NCBI GenBank assembly: GCA_964565095.1
Contig: CAZMDB010000001.1
Span: forward strand, 1 to 46,619
DNA length: 46,619 nucleotides
Source: an uncultured Methanosarcinales archaeon
GTDB lineage: Archaea > Nanobdellota > Nanobdellia > Woesearchaeales > DATGWN01
Direction: 5' to 3'
A model generated the notes under the pieces. The model was not told the DNA's origin and did no database searches. It worked only from the letters and a program-made list of their open reading frames with translations. Positions 27,369 through 36,874 of this stretch are shown piece by piece (the stretch's first letter is position 1; each line of letters starts with the position of its first letter). Both the position numbers and the translations under genes were made by a program.

Positions 27369-29197
27369 GCACTCGGATCACCTATGAGGATGTGACAGGT
27401 AAGAGCGACCGGCCATTCGTCCTTCTGACCGGGAGGGATGGAGGATATTTCCTTCTGAATGCAGAAGGCCGGTCGACACGGTATGAAGGATTATATCATC
27501 CGATCCGGACTGAGGATGGCTGGGATCTGGTCAAATCTCTGCATGCGATTGTTCCGGAAAGTTCTCCTTCTCTGATACACTACAAGGCACATATCCCGAC
27601 AATCCAATATGAGAATGGGATGAAGCTGCAGTGTGGGATGACACACGATAGCAGCTTGCTGTGCCTGATCGAGAAAGGGAAAGGGGTTGTCAGATTGCCT
27701 CTGGATGTACATCAGATGCATGATTACAGTGATTTCTCCAAGGGGTATCATGTAGTCCAGAATTCGAGGAAGGGGAAATTCCTCACTCTACAATACAAGA
27801 AGACAGGGAACACAGACTATACGTACTATGTCGCTATCTGCGCAAGCTTCCGCATCATCCATGGAGAATCCTGGAGGAACGAGTTCTATTCTTTCGATGC
27901 ACGACGCAATTCAGCACCCACTTCTTTGTTCGTCTATGATGGCCTGAAGGGAAAGTTAGATGGTCAGGAAAGGCTGGTCGTAGCTATGGATGCCGATCAG
28001 AAGAAAGCAGAGGCCAAAGCGGTCGCCGCATTCGAGTCGGCTCATAATCTCATCCAGACTTCAGTCCTCTACAAGACACATCTTCTTCCATGTCAGGTCT
28101 CAGAGGATCTCTTGGGGGCAGCCTTTACTCAGGCAGTCTATAGCCTGGATTCATTGTACGTGACTCGTCCTCTCGGAGAGGAGAAATACAAAGGCGTGTA
28201 TGCCGGACTGCCATGGTTCTATCAGTGGTGGACCCGTGACGAGGCAATCAGTATTGGAGCGTTCCTGCAGATGGGACGCAATGAGGAAGTCGGTAGCATA
28301 TTGATGCGACAGCTTGCGACTTTGCAGGAAGATGGCCGTCTGGGGAATAGGTTTCCGGCAAGTGAGCTGGGGAGCGCAGATGGGATCGGGTGGTGTGCTG
28401 TCCGGTTCCTGGAGTTGCTGCACGCAGGCGGAGGGCAGCTGTCTACTGATGATCTGAAGTGGGCATATGAATCTTTCTTGCGGGCCAAGGAACAGCTTGA
28501 GCAGCATTACATGGATGATGATCTGGTCTGGAACAGGCCGTTTGAGACCTGGATAGATACAGGAAATCATCTTGACAGGCGGGACGGTGCGTGCCTGGAA
28601 ATACAGCTTCTTCATCAGAAGCTCAATGACGTTCTTGCTCTTCTGGCACCGCGCGTAGGCAGGAGGTTCGACCCGATAAATCGTCTTGCGAAGATACGGC
28701 GTCGATATCTCCCAGAAGGATGCCTTATTGATCGAGTGCGACCGGACAGGAGCCTGGATCACACGGTGCGACCCAATATCTTCATGGCTTATTATCTGTA
28801 CCCGGGATTGCTTAATCAGTGTGAATGGGAGTCCTGTTTCGATCAGGGTATAGATCATCTCTGGACTGCCTGGGGCGGGATGACCTCTATCCAGACAGAT
28901 TCTCCACTGTTCCATATGGACTACACTGGCCAGAATAATCACAGCTATCATCGGGGAGATGTGTGGTATTATTTGAATAACATGGCCGCGCTGTGCCTGT
29001 ATCGTTGTAACCAGCAGCGGTACAAGCCGTACATCCAATCTCTGCTGAAGGCTAGTGCACGGGAAATATTGTTCTCAGGAGCTTTGGGACATCATGCGGA
29101 GGTGTCTTCTGCACGTCAGCAGGAATCACAGGGTTGCCTGGCGCAAGCTTGGAGCGCTGCACTTTTTATCGAAGCGTATCGTGAATGCAGCAGGTAA
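27365..29197 (+). CDS. Glycogen debranching enzyme, archaeal/bacterial amylo-alpha-1,6-glucosidase type
   Basis: GLPWFYQWWTRDEAISIGAFL (the WF..WGRD-like block) is followed by an (alpha/alpha)6-type C-terminal region. The start overlaps the upstream stop (ATGA). Confidence 0.85.
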   Translation: MSTRITYEDVTGKSDRPFVLLTGRDGGYFLLNAEGRSTRYEGLYHPIRTEDGWDLVKSLHAIVPESSPSLIHYKAHIPTIQYENGMKLQCGMTHDSSLLCLIEKGKGVVRLPLDVHQMHDYSDFSKGYHVVQNSRKGKFLTLQYKKTGNTDYTYYVAICASFRIIHGESWRNEFYSFDARRNSAPTSLFVYDGLKGKLDGQERLVVAMDADQKKAEAKAVAAFESAHNLIQTSVLYKTHLLPCQVSEDLLGAAFTQAVYSLDSLYVTRPLGEEKYKGVYAGLPWFYQWWTRDEAISIGAFLQMGRNEEVGSILMRQLATLQEDGRLGNRFPASELGSADGIGWCAVRFLELLHAGGGQLSTDDLKWAYESFLRAKEQLEQHYMDDDLVWNRPFETWIDTGNHLDRRDGACLEIQLLHQKLNDVLALLAPRVGRRFDPINRLAKIRRRYLPEGCLIDRVRPDRSLDHTVRPNIFMAYYLYPGLLNQCEWESCFDQGIDHLWTAWGGMTSIQTDSPLFHMDYTGQNNHSYHRGDVWYYLNNMAALCLYRCNQQRYKPYIQSLLKASAREILFSGALGHHAEVSSARQQESQGCLAQAWSAALFIEAYRECSR

Positions 29198-29240
29198 GAT
29201 AGGTTGCCGCTGCCTTGATATCAATTGCAGTCCGCAAATC

Positions 29241-29248
29241 TATAAATA
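29241..29248 (+). promoter_or_regulatory. TATA-like box (TATAAATA) for the 412-aa orphan, leaderless geometry
   Basis: The box centre is 26-27 nt upstream of ATG 29271. Confidence 0.4.
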
Positions 29249-29270
29249 TTCCTAGAACCAAAAAAACCGT

Positions 29271-30509
29271 ATGGCGGGAAGATTCTATATCTTCAACTTC
29301 GAAACAGTGGTCCCTCATGAGGTGGACACTAACCATGTCCGGGACACGCTGTGCGTAGAACTTGTCAAAAAAGGATGTATCCCGTCGCCGGTACGTGGCA
29401 GCAAACGTGATTTCAATCGCTCCTGCAAAAGTGTGGGTAGGCAGTTCAGACATGCTTTCTTGCGGCACTATGATGTCGGAATATGCAGGGAAGACAGTTA
29501 TCGCAGGGCCCTGCGCCAGACTGCTGCCCTGTATCTACCTCCTGAACGTGATTTTGCGTATGAGTCAGATCTCGATGCGGGAGTTCAGGCTCTTCTGCGT
29601 TATACTGCAGTGAGACTTGAGGAGGCGGGAATACCTTACGATTCTGAAGATCTATCTGTATGGCTGACCCAAGAAGTAAGGGAGAATAGCGGATTATTCA
29701 TGCATGATCGGGAATCAATGTTGTCTGATGCGTATATGCGTGTCATGGAGGAAATCTGTCCTCCTCTCGCACGCACTCCTGATCTGCACCTCCGACGATC
29801 TCTCCTTCAGGAGGCTGCACGAAAGGAGCGGACGGTGCCTGGTAAGGCTGCAGACATTGCTGATGCTGTGCTTGAGCGCGTGTATCGGAAGCATGATGAC
29901 AGAATGTCGTCGTTAGAGAAAGAATGGATGCAGCAAGGTCTTTCGTCTGGATGCGAGGAGGCGTTGAGAGCTTTATACATGAATGAGGATCAGGTCGCAA
30001 TCCTTGCCCGTTCCTCTGTGGCAGACCCGGCCCGCCATCTCAGGGTGGCAGCGGATTCTACTGGAGTGGATCTTGAGTTGCGTCTTTTCAATCATGATCA
30101 AGAGAACAGCAATACGCTATGTCGCAAGCGCGCCAAGGATCAATTGGTAGCGATCACTGCTATCTTGCGGATTCCTCCTCCTGAGTGCGGAGTGGCAGAT
30201 GTGACTTATGTCACCAATACGCCGTATGATGCAGATGCGCAACTGCTTGCAGGCTGCGGCATGCAGGTAGTTGTTGTAGATGCTCTTAAACATCGTGCAA
30301 AGAAAGCCACTCGTTTGGACAACGGTATCTGGCATGTTCCGGATCTAGGGCATTTAAACGAAGTGGAAAACCCTTTTGCTTCTTTTTTCGGAAATTCTGT
30401 GGGGGAGCAGTTGCGGGAGGTACGTGCTCGTGCTGCTTCAAGAATGCGTAGATTGCGAGCGAGAAGACCATCTGTTCATTTGAGAGCGCGGGAATGCGCG
30501 GCCAGATAA
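29271..30509 (+). CDS. Hypothetical protein (412 aa, Arg/Ala-rich, predicted helical), no recognisable domain
   Basis: A long uninterrupted ORF with its own TATA box at leaderless distance. Its 3' end overlaps the convergent GT3 gene by 34 nt. Confidence 0.5.
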   Translation: MAGRFYIFNFETVVPHEVDTNHVRDTLCVELVKKGCIPSPVRGSKRDFNRSCKSVGRQFRHAFLRHYDVGICREDSYRRALRQTAALYLPPERDFAYESDLDAGVQALLRYTAVRLEEAGIPYDSEDLSVWLTQEVRENSGLFMHDRESMLSDAYMRVMEEICPPLARTPDLHLRRSLLQEAARKERTVPGKAADIADAVLERVYRKHDDRMSSLEKEWMQQGLSSGCEEALRALYMNEDQVAILARSSVADPARHLRVAADSTGVDLELRLFNHDQENSNTLCRKRAKDQLVAITAILRIPPPECGVADVTYVTNTPYDADAQLLAGCGMQVVVVDALKHRAKKATRLDNGIWHVPDLGHLNEVENPFASFFGNSVGEQLREVRARAASRMRRLRARRPSVHLRARECAAR

Positions 30510-32239
30510 TTCTTGATGAAGATGTTCCAATCTGCTGTATGCGCCAGATGTTTTGCGGCAATTTTGTTCTCCACCCGCTGTCGGTGCGAGAATTCTGTGC
30601 AGAGCAGTAGCAGGCGCGTGTAGGTCGAAATGGTTTCTTCTTCTGATATGCCGAGCCGGGGAAGGACGAATATGCCAGGATATTCATCATGGTTCATCTG
30701 TGTGTACAAGTGTTGGCCGAAGCCTGACAGGTCCGAGGTGATCGCAGGCACGCCGAGAGCAGCTGTTTCCAGGGGGGTGTATCCCCACGGTTCATAGTAG
30801 CTGGGGAAAAGTCCGAGATGGGACCCCATGATCGCCTCATAGTAGTCCATGTCCAGCAGTCCATCCACGCCGTTGAGATATACCGGATACAGTATCACCT
30901 TCACTTTGTCCTGTTCTTCATTACGCAGCCCATGATCCCTAAAACTGCGCAGTATCTGATTAGATCCTTCATCATCGATCTGATGGCTGCACAGCGGCGG
31001 AGTGCCGTTCCTCAGCAGTGACCGTCGCAGGCGTTTGGCCTTGGGATGGAAGGACTCAGGGACAATGCCGGAAATATCAATATCCTCGCCATCGAGGATG
31101 TTTTGGATAATCCATGCATCTGCATCCTTGAAATTGCGATGAACGAAATGCCTAAGATTGCGGAAATACACCTTGTTCTGAAGGACATCCTCTCTGGGGC
31201 CATGGTGGTCCATAGGGATGAAAAAGAAGCATACCACATTACGTGCAGAACCTTTTTTCTTGAGTTCCTGGTTCAGTCTTGCCAGAGCCTCTGTCGTGAT
31301 ATCCATGCCTTTGTTGCGATATTCGTTGCGTCCGGCCATGAAGAAGGTCAGGGTGTTTTTCACATTCATCTTGTAGTAGGGTCCGAAATAATAGGAATAG
31401 AACTCCTGATAGCGCCGCTTGAGCGTGCTGTGCTGCAGAGCGCACTGTTCAAAGGAAGGGAATTGATGCATATCCAGGCCATTGAGGAGGAGCACATCAG
31501 GCTTCTTGTCCAGGATCTTTTCCGATTCCATGCCTGTAATCTTTGAAACCGTGGTAAAAGCATCTGCATCATGGGCGCAGATACGTTCTGCAGAAAATTT
31601 TGCGGTCACATTGGAGCGATCCGCCTCTGCAGGGGGGTCGAGTGAGTCAAGCTCTGCGTACAGGTCTCTTCCACTACCTGATAATGCACGTCCCAGCATA
31701 GTGGCATGTGTAGTGAAGACATGCCTGCTGCTACTGTCCATTGTTCTCAGGATCAGTCCTGTCATTCCAGTCATCCATTCATGCGTATGGACGAGAATCT
31801 TCTGTGATTTTTCCTTCTCCACCGCATGGATCAAGAGAGCAGCTGCATATGAAAGAAGCAATGGCTCGTCGAAATCAGGTCCTGCTTTGAGAGAATCCAG
31901 TCGGAACTTTTCCCACAAGGTCTTTTTCATCTCGTCGCGTCTGCCTGAGAGCGCCCAGAATTCCAATAGTATCGTTTTTGGCGATCCTTTGATGAGCCAT
32001 GTGCCGTAATGAGCGATAATCCCGTGTTGTTTCACGACATCGAACGCATTGGTCAGATAGGAAGGGGGCTCTTCTTCCTGAAAATCAATTTCGGCTTTAT
32101 CCTTGAAGTAGGGCCCGATCAGGAAGTAATGCTCGTAATTCTTCTTCATCAAGGCAGCTTTACTCGATATGACAGTGTAGATGCCACCGACCTTGTTACA
32201 GACCTCATAGCTTACCTCGAACAAGATATCTGCTTCCAT
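30476..32239 (-). CDS. Glycogen synthase, eukaryote-type (CAZy GT3-like)
   Basis: The blocks are collinear with yeast/animal glycogen synthase as I recall it: LFEVSYEVCNKVGGIYTVISSKA, HTHEWMTG, FTTHATMLGR, FTTVSKITGMESE, FFMAGRNEYRNKGMD, GLFPSYYEPWGYTPLE. Confidence 0.9.
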   Translation of the reverse strand: MEADILFEVSYEVCNKVGGIYTVISSKAALMKKNYEHYFLIGPYFKDKAEIDFQEEEPPSYLTNAFDVVKQHGIIAHYGTWLIKGSPKTILLEFWALSGRRDEMKKTLWEKFRLDSLKAGPDFDEPLLLSYAAALLIHAVEKEKSQKILVHTHEWMTGMTGLILRTMDSSSRHVFTTHATMLGRALSGSGRDLYAELDSLDPPAEADRSNVTAKFSAERICAHDADAFTTVSKITGMESEKILDKKPDVLLLNGLDMHQFPSFEQCALQHSTLKRRYQEFYSYYFGPYYKMNVKNTLTFFMAGRNEYRNKGMDITTEALARLNQELKKKGSARNVVCFFFIPMDHHGPREDVLQNKVYFRNLRHFVHRNFKDADAWIIQNILDGEDIDISGIVPESFHPKAKRLRRSLLRNGTPPLCSHQIDDEGSNQILRSFRDHGLRNEEQDKVKVILYPVYLNGVDGLLDMDYYEAIMGSHLGLFPSYYEPWGYTPLETAALGVPAITSDLSGFGQHLYTQMNHDEYPGIFVLPRLGISEEETISTYTRLLLLCTEFSHRQRVENKIAAKHLAHTADWNIFIKNYLAAHSRALK

Positions 32240-32246
32240 GGTCTCT

Positions 32247-32810
32247 TCAGTATAATCCCATGATCTTTGCCAGGATGAGGCCGATGAATATCCCGAGAAC
32301 GATACCGAAGGCGAATTCTGCCAATCCTCGCTTCATATCGCGATGGAGCAGGTCGGTGTCGAATTCAGCGATGTTTTGGGCAGTTTCTGCAAGATTCCTC
32401 TTCTTGGTGCGATGATGGATACTATTAGTCATGTGATCCAGCTGCTTCTCCAGCACATTGACATGATGAGAGACTTCCTGGACCCGGTCTTCTGCTTCTT
32501 GATCGTCTTCCTCTATCCGCGTATTAAGTACCTTCTCTGCATGTGACAGCCGTGCCTCAACGAGGTCGATTATAGCAAATCGGTCGGTCGTCTGATGCAC
32601 TTTCGAAGAAAGCTTTGGATCATGGAAAACGTCTGCTATCCAGCGCGCGATATCGTTGCGCTGAAGATTAACATGGTGGGCGAACTCCTGGGAAGACGCC
32701 TTTCGGAGCACCTCGATCATCTCGTAAAGATTCTTTATCTCTCCATGTCCTTCGAAGATGAATCTCTTGTCAGGTAATGCGTCGCTAGTGATTCTTTGGT
32801 GCGCTTCCAT
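32247..32810 (-). CDS. Uncharacterized protein, paralog A (shared ~70-aa N-terminal domain, coiled coil, C-terminal TM anchor)
   Basis: It shares the pattern F-x3-G-x-I-x2-L-x8-S-x-E-x-F-HHV-x4-ND-x-A-x-W-x2-DVF with the next gene. The C-terminal hydrophobic segment is FAFGIVLGIFIGLILAKIM. It sits 7 nt upstream of the GT3 gene. Confidence 0.6.
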   Translation of the reverse strand: MEAHQRITSDALPDKRFIFEGHGEIKNLYEMIEVLRKASSQEFAHHVNLQRNDIARWIADVFHDPKLSSKVHQTTDRFAIIDLVEARLSHAEKVLNTRIEEDDQEAEDRVQEVSHHVNVLEKQLDHMTNSIHHRTKKRNLAETAQNIAEFDTDLLHRDMKRGLAEFAFGIVLGIFIGLILAKIMGLY

Positions 32811-32834
32811 TCTCAGTCCCCCCGTGCAAGCTGC

Positions 32835-33194
32835 TTATTGTAGCAGATGCTTCATGACTTCGTAGCAGATGGACCGTCTGTCTTTGATGTGACCGATACG
32901 TTCAGCGAGTGATTCTTCGCCGAATACGTCCACCACCCAGGTCGCAAAGTCATTCTTGTCTGGAGTCACGTGATGAAAGAATATCTCATCGCTCATGTCG
33001 TCCAGCTGTCGCGCAAGATCGCGTAATGAACTGATTGGTTGACCATCCACGCGGATGAAGAATAGTTCAGTCTGAATTCTCTTTGGACTCTGCTTGGCTG
33101 CAGCCTTTGCTTTCTTGCGTCGTGTCGCCTTCTTGCGTGCTGCTGTTGTCTTTCTTTTGGGAGTTTTCTTGGAAGCCCTCTTTTTTGTTACCAT
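32835..33194 (-). CDS. Uncharacterized protein, paralog B (Lys-rich basic N-terminal tail plus the shared domain)
   Basis: N-terminal KKRASKKTPKRKTTAARKKATRRKKAKAAAKQSPKR, followed by FFIRVDGQPISSLRDLARQLDDMSDEIFFHHVTPDKNDFATWVVDVFGEESL. Confidence 0.6.
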   Translation of the reverse strand: MVTKKRASKKTPKRKTTAARKKATRRKKAKAAAKQSPKRIQTELFFIRVDGQPISSLRDLARQLDDMSDEIFFHHVTPDKNDFATWVVDVFGEESLAERIGHIKDRRSICYEVMKHLLQ

Positions 33195-33236
33195 GCCCTT
33201 ACCTCTTTTTTATGTTGTTTCTTTCTGGAATCTTTT

Positions 33237-34475
33237 TTATAAATGTTGTGCCGTCGGAACTACTGCTGCCGCAACTTGGTTCCGCTGAGGGCACAAAGAC
33301 CGCACTCTCAGATCGATGTCTTTCATGATGTTCATGAATGTGATAAACGAATCATACGGACTATCATAAGGATTGAAGTACTTATGCACATCGCCATCAG
33401 CGAACCACTTAGTGCACATGTAGTAATAGTGGTCGGAAGTAGTCAGTTTTCTCCATTCCTCTATCAGCTCAGGATCTGCGGTCTTCTTGACCATCTTTTC
33501 CATCTCATATGCTTTGCGCAAAGCATCTTCTTGTATCCGATTTCCCTTCCACGCCGAGAGATCGCGTTCAAGGTCCGCCCAGGATATCGGATGATGCACA
33601 TCAAGGGTATCCCGTACATCGAATCGTTCTGCAGCTTCGGAGGGTGTGAGGAAGCAGTTGTCCGGATGACGGAGCACGGCATCAGGAAGTGCCCGCATGA
33701 AGTTGAATATGCCTGTATCGGCCCATTGATGTTCACCGAAGGTCTCGTAGTCCATGAATAGGTTGATAACTTCCCCCGCGCCATTGGCAGCATTGATCCA
33801 ATCCACATATTTCTCCACCGTCAGCGGATGCTCTTCCCAACCCTTGTTCGAGAACCGGAAAGCAATATCATCCGATAGCTTATAGTTTTTGAGCAGCAGC
33901 TTGATGGAGTCGCATGTATGTGGACGATATATGAAGTTCGGTGAGCGCCATCCCAGTATATGGTCGGCTCCCTCCGCAAGAATAGCCTTGTATCCCATCT
34001 CCTCCACAGTATGCGCAATCTCATTATTGTAGATCAGTTCGGTGTTTCGGAAAGTAGTAGGTGATGCCCCGAAGAGCTTTTTTATCCGTGCGCGATGCAG
34101 TCTCACCTGTTCCCTGAATTCTTTTTTTGAATACAGTACTGAGAGTGAATGATAGTAGGTCTCAGATATGAATTCCACATGCCCTGTCCTGGCCAGATCC
34201 TTGAAGCTCTCTAGCACTTCTGGAGTATATTCTTCGAACTGGTCAAGAGCAGTCCCGGTGATCGCGAAAGAAACCTTGAATTTCCCCTGGAACCGTTCGA
34301 TAAGGTCGAGCAGAAGACGGTTCATCGGCAGATAGCACTTGTTGGCCACTTTGATGGCAATCTCCTTATTCTTTTTCTCATCGAAATATTCATGGGAATT
34401 CCCTATATCGAAAACTGAATAATTCCGCATCCTCCACGGCTGATGTACCTGGAAATAAAAGCAAACCCCTACCAT
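33237..34475 (-). CDS. Glycoside hydrolase family 57 (alpha-amylase / alpha-glucan-active enzyme)
   Basis: N-terminal FYFQVHQPWR (the HQP motif), then FAITGTALDQ, then FISETYYHSL, then DYETFGEH: the typical GH57 conserved regions. Confidence 0.88.
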   Translation of the reverse strand: MVGVCFYFQVHQPWRMRNYSVFDIGNSHEYFDEKKNKEIAIKVANKCYLPMNRLLLDLIERFQGKFKVSFAITGTALDQFEEYTPEVLESFKDLARTGHVEFISETYYHSLSVLYSKKEFREQVRLHRARIKKLFGASPTTFRNTELIYNNEIAHTVEEMGYKAILAEGADHILGWRSPNFIYRPHTCDSIKLLLKNYKLSDDIAFRFSNKGWEEHPLTVEKYVDWINAANGAGEVINLFMDYETFGEHQWADTGIFNFMRALPDAVLRHPDNCFLTPSEAAERFDVRDTLDVHHPISWADLERDLSAWKGNRIQEDALRKAYEMEKMVKKTADPELIEEWRKLTTSDHYYYMCTKWFADGDVHKYFNPYDSPYDSFITFMNIMKDIDLRVRSLCPQRNQVAAAVVPTAQHL

Positions 34476-34485
34476 TTTGTATCCC

Positions 34486-35766
34486 CTATCGTATCGTTAT
34501 TGATGGTGCGCTCAACACCTGTTTGTACGCCTGCACGCACTTGTGCGCCGGCACATCCCATGTGAATGTATGTACCTCTTTCTCGCCGTTCTCTGAGAGA
34601 TCCTGACGCAGTGAATCATGGGAGGTCACTGCAAGTATCTTGTTGGTCATCTCATTGATATCCCAGAAATCACATCTGAGCGCATGCGTCACGACTTCTG
34701 AAACCCCGCTCTGCTTGGAGATAAGTACTGGTGTGCCGTTGCGCATGGATTCAAGAGGCGTGATCCCGAACGGTTCTGAAACCGATGGCATCACATACAG
34801 GTCAGCCATCGCGTATGCCTTGTCGATCTCAGGCCCACGCAGGAATCCGGTGAAGAGCATCTTGTCACTCATGCCAAGCTCTGCTGCCCGTTGCATCATG
34901 CGACCCTCCATGTCACCAGATCCCGCAACCACAAAGGTCGTGTCAGGTTGGAAGTCCAGGACTTTGCGTGCTGCTTCCACAAAATAATCAGGTCCCTTCT
35001 GTAGAGTGATCCTGCCCAGGAAGAGCACTATCTTGTCAGTCTCGGAGATACGTGATTGGCACTGCACGCGTTCGCTTGGGAACTCCACTGCATTATGAAC
35101 CACTTCCACTTTCTCTTCAGGGACTCCGTAATGCCGGACAACAGTGTTCTTGGTCAGGTTGGATACTGCCAGGATGCGATCCGCAGCATGGAATCCCTCG
35201 CGTTCGATATCATAGACCATCTGATTGACGCCGTTGCCTCCTGTGCGATCGAATTCAGTAGCATGGATATGCACCACCAGAGGCTTGCCAGTGTAGTGCT
35301 TGGCTGAGATGCCCGCTTTGTAGGTCATCCAGTCGTGCGCGTGGATGACATCGAAATCCTTGTTGCGTGCAATCATTGAAGCTTTGTTGGCGTAGCGTAC
35401 AACTTCCTCGTATAGATTGCATCCATATACTTCTTCGTCATCGTCTTGATCGACTTCTCTGAGGCCACTCTTTTTCATGGAGGCAAAACGAGTAAGGTAT
35501 TCTTCTTCTGTGATATAGGGGGCAAGAAGCGTGTTGACCTCCTGGAAAGAGATCGTAGATTCTTCCCCCTGGACGGATTGGATGTTGTTGGCAACCATGA
35601 GATCCAGATGTACGTGTTGATGGCGGATGCCTTTTGGGGCTTTTGGGATGACAAAAGAAACATCGATACCGTGATTGGCAAGCCCTTTGGTCAGGCCCAG
35701 GCATGCGGTCCCTAATCCTCCTTTGTTGAATGGAGGGAATTCCCAGCCGAACATCAAAACTTTCAT
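34486..35766 (-). CDS. Glycosyltransferase, GT4/GT5 glycogen(starch)-synthase-like
   Basis: MKVLMFGWEFPPFNKGGLGTACLGLTKGL (a KxGGL-like motif), HAHDW, and the retaining-GT EX7E block (SEPFGITPLESM). Confidence 0.85.
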   Translation of the reverse strand: MKVLMFGWEFPPFNKGGLGTACLGLTKGLANHGIDVSFVIPKAPKGIRHQHVHLDLMVANNIQSVQGEESTISFQEVNTLLAPYITEEEYLTRFASMKKSGLREVDQDDDEEVYGCNLYEEVVRYANKASMIARNKDFDVIHAHDWMTYKAGISAKHYTGKPLVVHIHATEFDRTGGNGVNQMVYDIEREGFHAADRILAVSNLTKNTVVRHYGVPEEKVEVVHNAVEFPSERVQCQSRISETDKIVLFLGRITLQKGPDYFVEAARKVLDFQPDTTFVVAGSGDMEGRMMQRAAELGMSDKMLFTGFLRGPEIDKAYAMADLYVMPSVSEPFGITPLESMRNGTPVLISKQSGVSEVVTHALRCDFWDINEMTNKILAVTSHDSLRQDLSENGEKEVHTFTWDVPAHKCVQAYKQVLSAPSITIR

Positions 35767-35984
35767 TGTATCATTTCTGCCTCTTTTCTGTCAGGGAGAA
35801 GTGCCGCTTAATGCTTATTTATTCTTACATCCCGCTGATTCTTTATAGGATTTTTTTCCGGCTTCTGGTTTATAAAGATTATGGAATATCCAGTGGGTAG
35901 TGGAGAGTGATGCAGTTATGATGGTAATGTCGCTGTTTCATGCCATAAATTCTTTTAAATATTCATATTCATGTCATAAAATCT

Positions 35985-36560
35985 ATGAATGATGCCGATA
36001 CTAGGGATGAGTCCATTGTAAAATGTCTTGTCAAGAATCCCCGGATATCAGATAATGGGATCTCGCGGGCGACTGGTATCCCGCTCAAGACGGTCAATCG
36101 ACGCCGGAAGGCCCTGGAGGCAGATGGCCGCCTGCGGTATTATGTGGAGTATGTGCCAGAGCAGGAGGGAAGACCATGGGCCCGGATGCTGTTTGTTATC
36201 AGATTCCGGAAAGGGATCACTCGTGCGCTCTTGCTGGAACGCTCCGGGGGGCTGGTAGATGCGTACAGGGAGAATGCGAGGAAGCATATCGAATGCTCGT
36301 TTCTTGCGGAGAGGGACGGTCAGCTACATCTGGTAAGTATCGTTGCAAGTCCACGGGAGGAGGATATTGCTGAGATCATGAATGCTGATGTTTTCCCCTA
36401 TCTCGAGCAGTGTTTCGGGCCATACTCGGTGGAGGGGGCAGAGGGTTTCTCTGTGCGGGATACGTTGCGTCTGTTCCATACGTACTGCCCGGGTCTGAAT
36501 ATGGAGAATGGAGTTCTTTCTTCGTCGTGGTCGCTTGAGAATGTATTTGTGGGCCGTTGA
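35985..36560 (+). CDS. Lrp/AsnC-like transcriptional regulator
   Basis: The N-terminal HTH is IVKCLVKNPRISDNGISRATGIPLKTVNRRRKALEADG, followed by a RAM-like beta-alpha-beta region. TATA TTTTAAAT at 35953-35960 lies 26-27 nt upstream of the ATG. Confidence 0.65.
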   Translation: MNDADTRDESIVKCLVKNPRISDNGISRATGIPLKTVNRRRKALEADGRLRYYVEYVPEQEGRPWARMLFVIRFRKGITRALLLERSGGLVDAYRENARKHIECSFLAERDGQLHLVSIVASPREEDIAEIMNADVFPYLEQCFGPYSVEGAEGFSVRDTLRLFHTYCPGLNMENGVLSSSWSLENVFVGR

Positions 36561-36721
36561 AGTTTCTGTTCTGGTTCCTGTGCGTGCAGCACTGGACATG
36601 TGTCCGCGTGGCGTATTTAAACGATGTTCGTCTGCTTGTTCTTGTTGATTATGTCAGCGATGGCAGAAGCCCTCAGAAGTTGGGGTTTTTTTGTGCATCG
36701 TTTCGAAAGGAGGTAAAAAAA

Positions 36722-36841
36722 ATGGTGGATCTTCGGCCAGAAACAATACATGAGCTGTTTTATCGGCAGGTGCAGGCGATGACAATGCGAAGTACAAGGC
36801 GGGATACGCTGTCTATACAGTTTTCCGATTCGTGGATATGA
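36722..36841 (+). CDS. Small ORF A (39 aa), hypothetical
   Basis: A near-perfect SD, AAGGAGGT (36707-36714), lies 7 nt upstream of the ATG. Peptide: MVDLRPETIHELFYRQVQAMTMRSTRRDTLSIQFSDSWI. Confidence 0.3.
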   Translation: MVDLRPETIHELFYRQVQAMTMRSTRRDTLSIQFSDSWI

Positions 36842-36874
36842 ATGAAGAAGTGAGTGTGAAAAGAGGTGGATCAT

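Noticed and set aside
28151-29038. 295-aa minus-strand ORF inside the debranching-enzyme gene.
   Set aside because: It is antisense to a confidently recognised CDS. Its composition is typical of shadow ORFs in mid-GC DNA.
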